A stretch of DNA of 32,000 nucleotides, taken from assembly GCF_000092105.1 (NCBI RefSeq), contig NC_014148.1:2040001-2072000 (forward strand), in the 5' to 3' direction. Below, in pieces: positions 9,929-17,838 of this stretch (position 1 is its first letter; each line of letters begins with the position of its first letter). Both the position numbers and the translations under genes were made by a program. Source of the DNA: Planctopirus limnophila DSM 3776 (GTDB taxonomy: Bacteria > Planctomycetota > Planctomycetia > Planctomycetales > Planctomycetaceae). Under the pieces are notes generated by a model. It was not told the origin of the DNA. It did not search any database and saw only the letters and a list, made by a program, of their open reading frames with translations.

Positions 9929-10059
9929 TTTGTCCTAACCCTTTCCGAATGCTGGACTTAGCGTATTTGCCTGTGTCGGGCAGTCGTGACGGAACGAAAT
10001 CAACCGCCTCGCCCTTTCTGTGCCCCTCTGGGTTCAATTACGGCAAGTAAAACGCATCC

Positions 10060-10126
10060 TGGCGGCGTAAGCCCCATTCATCGCAATACAATTGGCTTCA
10101 TACGCCGCCACAAAGCCCGAAAGGGC
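10060..10126. terminator. Hairpin cluster between tRNA-Arg and the 3' end of argJ, a possible bidirectional terminator
   Basis: TGGCGGCGTA (10060-10069) and TACGCCGCCA (10101-10110) form a perfect 10-bp stem. A GCCC-GAAA-GGGC tetraloop hairpin lies at 10115-10126, and on the minus strand TTTG follows it. The T-runs are weak. Confidence 0.3.
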
Positions 10127-10137
10127 ACCGAGAGAGC

Positions 10138-11331
10138 TTACGTTGTGTAGTCGGCGTTGAGGGCGACGTATTCTTTAGTGAGGTCGCTGGTCCAGAAGCG
10201 AATGCTTCCGTTCCCGTGAGTCAGTCGCAGATCGATGTGGATGTCGCGATTTTCTCGCATCGATTTCGAAGCAAAAGCGGCGTCAAAAGCCAGCGGGACA
10301 CCAGCTTCGTACAAGGCAATGCCATTGACCCACAACGAAACATCTTCTTCCTTGAGGGGCACGCCCGCATAACCGGCAGCGGATACAATGCGGCCCCAGT
10401 TCGGATCGGCCCCGCAGATCGCCGTCTTCACCAAGGCACTGTCTGCCACGGTCTTGGCGATTCTGAACGCTTCTTCTCGTGATCGGCAGCCCGTCACATC
10501 GATGGTCACAAAATGAGAGGCCCCTTCGGCGTCCTTGATGATCAGTTGAGCCAGTTCCATGGCCACATCAGCGACCGCCTTGGAGAACAGAACTTTCGCC
10601 TCGCCGCCGGTGCAGTCAACTTGAGAAAGCCCATTTGCCAGCAGAATGACCGAATCGCTGGTGCTTTCGTGACCATCGACGCTGATGCAGTTAAAGCTGT
10701 CGGCCACTGCCGCAGAAAGTGCTTCCTGCAGAACTTCCGGCGAAGACTTGGCATCGGTCATAATAACGCCGAGCATGGTGGCCATGTTGGGGGCGATCAT
10801 TGCGGCCCCTTTGCACACGCCCGTAATGCGGACGCTTCCTCCCGCCAGGTGCAGCTCGCGCGTGACCTGTTTGGGAAAGGTGTCTGTCGTCATGATCGAG
10901 CGGGCAGCTTTGTCGAATGATTCGGTCGTTGGGGAAAGCTGCTGGCCCGCGACTCCAATAGCCGTGACAATTTTCTCAATAGGCAGCAGCCGCCCAATCA
11001 CGCCGGTGGAACAAACGAGGATATCCTCGCCCGGGCAACCAATGGCCTGGCCCACCGCTGTCGCCATTGCCTCGGCATCACGAATCCCCTGCTCGCCGGT
11101 GCAGGCGTTGGCATTCCCCGCATTGATCACCACACCCCTCGCCGTTCCCCGAGGCAAACGCTCACGGGAAACCTTGACTGGGGCTCCGCACACCAGATTT
11201 GTCGTGAATACGCCAGCAGCCGCACACGGTGCCTCGGAAATAAAGAGCGCCAAGTCCAGCCGGCTGGTTCCCGGCTTCACACCAGCTTCCACAGCAGCAG
11301 TCTGAAATCCGGCAGGCAATGGTGTCGTCAT
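10138..11331 (-). CDS. argJ: Bifunctional glutamate N-acetyltransferase / amino-acid acetyltransferase ArgJ
   Basis: The autoproteolytic-site block is PNMATMLGVIMTDA. The N-terminus MTTPLPAGFQTAAVEAGVKPG...DLALF is typical of ArgJ. The ATG at 11331 is preferred. The track ORF extends to a GTG at 11385. Confidence 0.92.
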   Translation of the reverse strand: MTTPLPAGFQTAAVEAGVKPGTSRLDLALFISEAPCAAAGVFTTNLVCGAPVKVSRERLPRGTARGVVINAGNANACTGEQGIRDAEAMATAVGQAIGCPGEDILVCSTGVIGRLLPIEKIVTAIGVAGQQLSPTTESFDKAARSIMTTDTFPKQVTRELHLAGGSVRITGVCKGAAMIAPNMATMLGVIMTDAKSSPEVLQEALSAAVADSFNCISVDGHESTSDSVILLANGLSQVDCTGGEAKVLFSKAVADVAMELAQLIIKDAEGASHFVTIDVTGCRSREEAFRIAKTVADSALVKTAICGADPNWGRIVSAAGYAGVPLKEEDVSLWVNGIALYEAGVPLAFDAAFASKSMRENRDIHIDLRLTHGNGSIRFWTSDLTKEYVALNADYTT

Positions 11332-11828
11332 GAAATCAATCTTTCGGCGGAAGTTGAACGCAGCGTTTCCAGTAGACCCGATCACAGAGTTCTACCAAAC
11401 CGGAAATGGTTTGTCAGATGACCTGACGGCACCTGATGAGATCGCAGCGTCGATTAAGGTTCACTTCTGCAAGTCCGGAAATGTTACGCCTTCCATGAAT
11501 TGAGATCGCTCTGCGTGCCATGTGCTGTGTGCCATGCTTGCAGCTCTGGGCAAGCATGTTTTCCCAGCCAACAACGCGCTGTTGTTTCCCGGGGACCGTA
11601 TCAGCACTCCCACAGCATGACGGCTCTCGAGAGGCACTTTCTCTGGGGTGATTTCCTCGGGAAGTATGCCAGCCCAGCCCGCCAGGATCTGGCCATCGAA
11701 TCGACACATTTTTCCATAATCGATGAGGCAGCAGTCCGCTTTATAGTGTACAGACGCAACCCTTATGATAAGCTCTGTGCGACGATGCGGGCAGAACTGA
11801 GAATCCTTTCTCGAATGAGGGTAGCAGC

Positions 11829-12329
11829 ATGGAAAAAGTCATTCCCCGGGCAGAGCACAAGTGGTTGCAGAACATCGCTGGGAACTGGACTTATGAGTTG
11901 GAATGCTCCATGGGGCCGGATCTCACACCCGAGAAATCATCCGGTCCGATGTCTGCCCGCATGCTGGGTGATGTCTGGGTCGTGATGGAATCAGAGTCCA
12001 AGGCCCCACAGAGCGGCGAGACAGTTCACAGTGTGTGGACATTGGGCTTTGATCCCCAGAAAGAGCGAGTTGTCGGCTCTTTCGTCTGCTCCGTGATGAC
12101 CTACTTCTGGACCTATAATGGCAAGATCGATTTTGATAGCAACACGATGACTCTCGATGCCCCAGGCCCGGGTTTTGGTGATCCTTCCAGGATTGTCGAC
12201 TATCAGGATATTATTCAGTTCATTGACCAGGATTACTTCGTTCTCAGGTCACAAATGAAGCTGGAAAGCGGAGAATGGGTCCCCTTCATGCGCGGCGACT
12301 ACCGCCGCACGCCAAAAACTATCGACTGA
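11829..12329 (+). CDS. DUF1579-like protein (166 aa)
   Basis: The N-terminus EHKWLQNIAGNWTYELECSMGPD and the size match my recollection of DUF1579 proteins, which are common in Planctomycetota and Acidobacteria. This is a family-level call only. Confidence 0.75.
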   Translation: MEKVIPRAEHKWLQNIAGNWTYELECSMGPDLTPEKSSGPMSARMLGDVWVVMESESKAPQSGETVHSVWTLGFDPQKERVVGSFVCSVMTYFWTYNGKIDFDSNTMTLDAPGPGFGDPSRIVDYQDIIQFIDQDYFVLRSQMKLESGEWVPFMRGDYRRTPKTID

Positions 12330-13438
12330 TATCCGTCATCTCTTTGTAGGGTGCAAGAAGTTCCGACGGATTGCACCAACTTTCTACTATCAATACAAAA
12401 ACCCGGCAGCCACTGTCACCAGTCACCGCCGGGCTCATTAAAGTATATTTACAATAAACAGATCTACGGCATCATCAGAGCGCAACTTGAGGGTCATCCA
12501 TCGAAGTCACCTTCGAGGGATCCATCTGTGGTCTTGAATGACAATCGCTCACCAACCTCTGAGAACCTGAACTGTCACTGGGGATTCTGAGATTACACCC
12601 AGTTAACACATTCAGGCGCGTCTGTCTCTCAAGTGAGCCGCATGATCCAAAGTGAACTTTGTGTCATTCAGCAGGCCAGAAAAAACGAACCAGAGAAAAC
12701 AAACCAGAGAACAGTGTCGGTCTCTCGAATTCGAGTTGAGAGCGCAAGATGGCTCTCAAACCGGAGGGCGTCGTTCAACCCCCTCCAGCGTTCCGGCTCC
12801 AAATCAGCCGCAGATCGAAAGACATCATCCGGATTGCAACTGGAATCACACATTCCACCCGCAAGGCGCGCCAGCGATGTCCTTCTACCCTAACCAGAGA
12901 TGTTGCGCCGGAAACTATGGCAGGGTGGCCCAGACGTGGCTTTGAACGTCTGGGTGACATTTGTCACAAGAAATTCACATCAACACATAGCATGATCGGG
13001 TTGAGTATTTGATTCACCTTACCCGCTTCCTCCGCGCGTGGTGAACTTGGCATTGCCGCTGGCATACAACCAGCAGCCATACATATAACAAATCCTGCCA
13101 CCTTTGATTTCTATGGTCGCACTCAGAATCGCCATCTTCGACACCCTGCGAGACTGATTCACTCCGGCCGGAAGTGTTGGTTTCTATCCAGTTGCCGTAG
13201 CCTGCGAGGTCGCCCCACAGATTGGTGGTGGAATCCTGTGACCGGCTGCGGTCACCGATGACCACTTCTTCCGTGAGAGAACCGGCTTTGGTCCGGGATC
13301 GCCCTGACTCTGGGTGATCTCGTAGTGCAGACCAAAACCAGAGGACGCCAGACCAAACGTCATCTCGGTATGGAGATCGTCAGCCTGGGATGTCCCTGAG
13401 CCCACGTTGGACGCCACTTGATGGGTGGTACCCAAAAA

Positions 13439-13496
13439 CCCCCTGTGGTGAAGCCACCCCGGTAGAAATCAGAATTTCAACCGGGGCCACCCTGCG
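13439..13496 (+). repeat. Hairpin repeat, type 2, copy D
   Basis: The sequence is CCCCCTGTGGTGAAGCCA-CCCCGGTAGAAAT-CAGA-ATTTCAACCGGGG-CCACCCTGCG. The stem has 13 positions with one mismatch. It is about 80% identical to 17693-17750. It lies 40 nt downstream of the stop of the minus-strand gene 13537..13935. Confidence 0.8.
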
Positions 13497-13536
13497 GTAC
13501 CACCTCAAGATCGAATGTCTACACTCTCTATAATAA

Positions 13537-13935
13537 TCATCCTATGGACATATCAACTGACTTACAAACGAAATAATTATCAAGAGACCTGAAATCGGCG
13601 GGTACATTTCGAGCATCACATGCAGATCCAAAATCAATAAATACTTTTTCATCGTGAAACAAAAAAAAGACTTCGTCGCGAATATTCGCATAATCATAAT
13701 CTGCATTATATTTATACTTAATCTCTGTCGTCTCGTGCAGAGAAAGCTTAATTCTCTCGAAATTCTTGTTACGATGATTTTCACATAACATGAAAATCTC
13801 CACAAGCTGACCGGGCAGTGAATAGTCCTTGCTTACAATTGACACAGATATGATCTCCGCGTCATGAAACCCATGGTATGTATCCATGACATCATCAATA
13901 TTCGACTTTAATAATTCGATACACATATTAATCAA
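13537..13935 (-). CDS. Putative immunity protein for the upstream toxin (132 aa), very AT-rich
   Basis: It starts 5 nt after the stop of the 679-aa ORF on the same strand. My hand count over 13541-13660 gives about 34% G+C, against about 54% in the surroundings. The motif YHGFHDAEIISVSI recalls the FHDAE motif I associate with the Imm50 family; this is from memory and unverified. Confidence 0.65.
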   Translation of the reverse strand: MINMCIELLKSNIDDVMDTYHGFHDAEIISVSIVSKDYSLPGQLVEIFMLCENHRNKNFERIKLSLHETTEIKYKYNADYDYANIRDEVFFLFHDEKVFIDFGSACDARNVPADFRSLDNYFVCKSVDMSIG

Positions 13936-13940
13936 CCCGA

Positions 13941-15980
13941 TCAGTTTCTCTGTGGAACTGGAATTACACCCTGTGGCAACATCTGCCAGTCAGGCGGTAT
14001 CAGAGGGTCAGTCAGCTTTAGGTGAGGTGCGCCTGGTCCATGACCTGATCTAGGACTTCCAGGAATTGTAAACAAACGGCCCTCCCTATCCTTCCAGTCA
14101 ATATGGGCAATCGCCTCTCCTCTTTCATTGAAAATTGTAGTTTGTACAGCCCGACCGTCCCTTGACAGTCTTATATGAATAGAGTTCGGGTGAGCGCCTG
14201 TCAGCTTTGGATACTCAGTTCCAATAAACACTGGCCTATTTGAGGTGCTATTTTCCGGTATTTGTGTCAACTTCTTCCGACGCTTATTTAGTTCATATGT
14301 TTTATATTCTTCTCGTGAACTAAAAGTATACAGTCCATCAGACGACTTCCATTCAAGACGCCCGTCTCCAATAAGCTGGAAGTCTATGGTTTTCTCAGGA
14401 TCAGGTGTTCTTCGTTGATTTTCCGCACGCTGAAAGAAGCTTTTCAGCTTCTCACCTGCTGCCTTAGTCTTGGGCCCTGAAGGAACAACTGTCTTGATTT
14501 TTGCCAGAGTTGCTTCGGCTTTCAACCCGGCTGCAACTTTGTCTGCTCCGGCAGTGAGCAGCGAGAAGAACACGATCCCCAGAACCCGCCCGTGCACATA
14601 TGCTCGGGTGACAGGGTCATTGTTGTACTGCTCAAACCCCTGCATGATCGAGTCGGCAATTTTTTTAGCTTCCCTGGCGACGTCAATCAGTTCTTGGCTT
14701 AAAATCCCAGTTAGCTCGTCGAACTTTCCATCCCAAAGTTTCTTCTGGGTGTCTTCATCAAGACCCGTATATTCGTAATACAGGCTGCCATAATGCTGAA
14801 CAGTGGCTGTTGTCGAAGAGACAGTGTCATGGGCCAGAACCGTGTAGCCGATTGCCGGATGAATAACAAATAGCGAGCCGTAATAGAGAGCATCGGGTGC
14901 TGCTTCGGCAAGGCCATTCAGCGCTCCTCCTACGCTATCGACCCAGAACCCTTGCATAAATCCATCAAAATACGCTCCAGAAACCTCCAATGCACTGGGA
15001 GGCTCGTTAGGATTATTGTTAAGCGGTGGTGTGCCATTCTGGCTGAAAATATAGTCATATGCCGTGAGCAGTGAGAATCCATACCAGTCATTTCGCTCTT
15101 GAAGAATCTGCGGCAACTGCAGAGCGTTCATCCGGTAAACTTTGCCACCCACCGTCCGTGACAACCCACGCCCTTCGACATATGTGGCAATGTACTCCCC
15201 TTTCTTGTCATAAATCTGATAGATACTTCCACCCGTTTGAGTCACCTGGAAGAATTTGGCAATCCCTCGTAATCCGTTCTTCAGATCCGACGGCAACGTC
15301 TCGATATCGACCCCATTGGCAGTTTTTTCGCCCACGGATGTCGGCTTTTTGACTTCACCGACTTCTTGCAGCACGGGGACATCGACAGACGGTCTGTACG
15401 GGGCGCGGTCAATCAGTGTGCCCAGGTCGTGTTCGTTGCGATTGAGGAGATCGCGGATGTGGGGATTGCTTTGCTGTTCGGCCAATCTCTCGTACGCCCG
15501 ATCCATGGCATTCCGGCTGGCTTGACCCACTTCATTGCCGGGAGCCACTGGATTCGAGGGTGTGTAGGAGCCACCTTCTGAACCACTGGCGGACTGCTCT
15601 TCTTCCAGTCGGTTCTGATCGGCACTCTTGGCAGCGGGGGCTTCATCGGGAGGTGTCTGGTTGGCCTGGCTTTGGGCCTGTTGCTGGGCGGCGTAGGCTT
15701 GCTGCTGGATCGAATCATAGCTGGGGCCGCCGTATTCGCTGCGCTGCGGTGTTTCGTTTTCGGCAGGCTTGTGATCCCAGTAATCGATCCGCCAATCCCC
15801 CGTGCGGTCGTTCTCGTAGTATTTGTAATACTGTGTATCACTGGCCCAGCCTTCACTCGACAGGTGCCAGTCACCCAGATACGAGGGTTCATAGCCTCCC
15901 ATCGCGTTGGTGAAAGCTTGAGGGATGAACGGCAGGTTGTAATAATTGTACGGAGCCAGTGCCTGATTGATCAGGCTCAT
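13941..15980 (-). CDS. Polymorphic-toxin-like protein without RHS/YD core or signal peptide (679 aa)
   Basis: The N-terminus is aromatic-rich (YNYYNLPFIPQAF...YYKYYENDRTGDWRIDYWDH). A Q/A/S-rich linker follows, then a central region and a hydrophobic helix (VLGIVFFSLLTAGADKVAAGLKA). The last 110 aa or so are a small domain (VFIGTEYPKLTGAHPNSIHIRLSRDGRAVQTTIFNERGEAIAHIDWKDREGRLFTIPGSPRSGHGPGAPHLKL). G+C drops visibly in the 3' third. A small AT-rich gene follows directly. Confidence 0.7.
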   Translation of the reverse strand: MSLINQALAPYNYYNLPFIPQAFTNAMGGYEPSYLGDWHLSSEGWASDTQYYKYYENDRTGDWRIDYWDHKPAENETPQRSEYGGPSYDSIQQQAYAAQQQAQSQANQTPPDEAPAAKSADQNRLEEEQSASGSEGGSYTPSNPVAPGNEVGQASRNAMDRAYERLAEQQSNPHIRDLLNRNEHDLGTLIDRAPYRPSVDVPVLQEVGEVKKPTSVGEKTANGVDIETLPSDLKNGLRGIAKFFQVTQTGGSIYQIYDKKGEYIATYVEGRGLSRTVGGKVYRMNALQLPQILQERNDWYGFSLLTAYDYIFSQNGTPPLNNNPNEPPSALEVSGAYFDGFMQGFWVDSVGGALNGLAEAAPDALYYGSLFVIHPAIGYTVLAHDTVSSTTATVQHYGSLYYEYTGLDEDTQKKLWDGKFDELTGILSQELIDVAREAKKIADSIMQGFEQYNNDPVTRAYVHGRVLGIVFFSLLTAGADKVAAGLKAEATLAKIKTVVPSGPKTKAAGEKLKSFFQRAENQRRTPDPEKTIDFQLIGDGRLEWKSSDGLYTFSSREEYKTYELNKRRKKLTQIPENSTSNRPVFIGTEYPKLTGAHPNSIHIRLSRDGRAVQTTIFNERGEAIAHIDWKDREGRLFTIPGSPRSGHGPGAPHLKLTDPLIPPDWQMLPQGVIPVPQRN

Positions 15981-16060
15981 GGGATTCGAGAAGGTGACAT
16001 TCCATTCCGCCAGATCGTGAGCGGTACCACTTTCAAACGAACCGGCAAATTCACCTCAGG

Positions 16061-17224
16061 CTATGCAGGGACGCATTCCATAATCTGGGGGTCGATGAGG
16101 CGTGTCGGGATCACGCGCTGCAGGTGGAGACCGGAATCCGCACACAGCCGTGCGAACTCATCAAAAGTGCGCGAACAACCCCAGGTGGCGGCATACTGAT
16201 GCAGATCGAAAAGACTGCGGACAATCTCACCCGGTGCGACGTTATGATCCACCGAACCTTCGACAATCAGCAGTTTCGAGTGTGCCGACATCGCCCGTCG
16301 GATATTCGATAGAATCTTGCGGACACTCTCGTCATCCCAGTCGTGCAGGACATGCTTGATCGTATAGAGATCTCTGCCTGCGGGTACTTCCTCAAAAAAG
16401 TTCCCCACGAGATGTTCGGCTCGATCTGCCACACCTTTTCCGCAAAACATCTCGCCAGCAGCCGCATGAGTTTCCTGGCGATCATAAACCGCTCCAGAAA
16501 CATGCGGGGCTGCACGCAACATGGCCGCTAAAAAGGCACCGCGCCCGCCACCAATGTCGATGAGTGTCTTTACATTCGAGAAGTCGCAGCATTTCGCCAC
16601 TTCATCGACACAAAGTTCCGTCCAGCGTCCGCAGGCGACATCATGGAGTTCACAAGTCCCGGGATGTTCGGCCATCACTTCCCAGCAGGTCTTATGATAG
16701 ACGAACCGCGTCAGTGGTTCTCCAGCCCGGATAGCATCTGGTAATTGAGACATGACGGGAACCTGAATACGGTCGACCAGTTCGACCCAGGCAGCAAAAG
16801 GTTGCCTCCCCTGGCTTGTATATTCACGGCCTAGTGGGCCAATGGAATAGATGTCGTGAACGTCACGATCAATGAAATGCATGGCCAGGAGTGGTCGCAA
16901 GATATGTACTAAGGAGTGCGCATCAACCTGCAGAGTCTCTGCGAGTTCCTCCAGTGATTGCGGGCGTTTGAGCAGAGCTTCAAACCCTCCTAGTCGCACC
17001 ATGGCGGCAACTGCTCCAAACATGATCGGCAGTTGGGAGACCAGAAATGCCATACTTTCTGAGTTCCACCGCACAAAACGACGTACCACGCGGCGATGCA
17101 GCCAATCTCCGATCCGCTCCAGCCAGCTCCGCGAGACAGGCACGATTTCGTATGCTGGGACGTGGTTGAATTTCCGAAACAGTTCAGGCCGAACGACTGA
17201 AACCGGGGCATGAGTAGTCGCCAT
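16061..17224 (-). CDS. Class I SAM-dependent O-methyltransferase (family-2 type with N-terminal dimerisation/winged-helix region, 387 aa)
   Basis: The SAM-binding motif is LIDIGGGRGAFLAAMLRAAPHVSGAVYDRQ. The downstream blocks are DLYTIKHVLHDWDDE and LLIVEG. The N-terminal region LEELAETLQVDAHSLVHILRPLLAMHFI is typical of this family. Confidence 0.88.
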   Translation of the reverse strand: MATTHAPVSVVRPELFRKFNHVPAYEIVPVSRSWLERIGDWLHRRVVRRFVRWNSESMAFLVSQLPIMFGAVAAMVRLGGFEALLKRPQSLEELAETLQVDAHSLVHILRPLLAMHFIDRDVHDIYSIGPLGREYTSQGRQPFAAWVELVDRIQVPVMSQLPDAIRAGEPLTRFVYHKTCWEVMAEHPGTCELHDVACGRWTELCVDEVAKCCDFSNVKTLIDIGGGRGAFLAAMLRAAPHVSGAVYDRQETHAAAGEMFCGKGVADRAEHLVGNFFEEVPAGRDLYTIKHVLHDWDDESVRKILSNIRRAMSAHSKLLIVEGSVDHNVAPGEIVRSLFDLHQYAATWGCSRTFDEFARLCADSGLHLQRVIPTRLIDPQIMECVPA

Positions 17225-17558
17225 AGCACACCTGCATGAAATGAGTTCAAGCTGACAAGTCCAGCTCTACTTGATGGACATCATTTCACGCTATACAGCA
17301 TTCTCCATCACTTACAAGACGACAATTTCCGGCCATATCCTTGAATTCGCACATATGGCAACTTCTGCGGATCACACCGATTATTCCGTTTCTCTGTTTC
17401 AGAAAAACTACCTAGCTCTATTCGGCGAGATCCTGCCACGCGACGACTCGAATCGACAAGAGAGAGTATTTATGAGTTTGAAGGCTTCCAATTGGGCCGA
17501 TGGGAACCATGCAATTAGAAGTCGAAAGCAATCTTTCACCTCGCTGGCAATTCAGAAG

Positions 17559-17611
17559 GGTGGCACAGGTTGGTCGGCGGCGACCTACCTGTGTGCCGCA
17601 GGCAGAAGAGG
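17559..17611 (-). repeat. Hairpin repeat, type 1, copy F (inverted relative to copies A-C)
   Basis: GGTGGCACAGGTTGGTCGGCGGCGACCTACCTGTGTGCCGCAGGCAGAAGAGG aligns with the reverse complement of 30405-30457. The first 14 nt are identical, and the GCGACCT, GTGTGCC and GAGAAG-like blocks are shared. Confidence 0.75.
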
Positions 17612-17692
17612 CTGACGGCACCAGGCAGCGAGCCAGTCTCGCTCCCGGTATGAAATCAGAGTGGCCTGAATGGTCGTTGACAGGGAATGAAA

Positions 17693-17750
17693 CCTCTTGT
17701 GGCTTTGCCATCCCGGTAGAAATCGGAATTTCAACCGAGGCCACCTTGCG
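17693..17750 (+). repeat. Hairpin repeat, type 2, copy E
   Basis: The sequence is CCTCTTGTGGCTTTGCCAT-CCCGGTAGAAAT-CGGA-ATTTCAACCGAGG-CCACCTTGCG. It lies about 90 nt downstream of the uvrA-fusion stop. It is the direct-orientation partner of 13439-13496. Confidence 0.8.
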
Positions 17751-17812
17751 TCGTAGCTCGACTTGTGGAAAAGGTGTTGAGATCTCCATCAAGCCCAATT
17801 CAATCTCGCTAA

Positions 17813-17833
17813 CCTCTTGTGACGTTGCCACCC
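17813..17833 (+). repeat. Left-arm-only fragment of the hairpin repeat family (copy G)
   Basis: CCTCTTGTGACGTTGCCACCC matches CCTCTTGTGGCTTTGCCATCCC at 17693. It lies 5 nt from the stop codon at 17839-17841. Confidence 0.5.
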
Positions 17834-17838
17834 AACAA

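Noticed and set aside
9831-10037. A 68-aa minus-strand ORF
   Set aside because: It runs antisense straight through tRNA-Arg(CCT) at 9855-9928.
13014-13435. Two overlapping minus-strand ORFs (83 aa each) downstream of the immunity gene
   Set aside because: I recognised no motifs. The ORFs are in different frames, and one starts inside the hairpin-repeat flank. At most they are a decayed remnant, so I did not call them as genes.
13439-17750. The type 2 repeat (GTTGAAATTC.GATTTCTACCGGG on the minus strand) viewed as a CRISPR repeat
   Set aside because: There are only two full copies, 4.2 kb apart, with genes between them. There is no regular repeat-spacer array and there are no cas genes.
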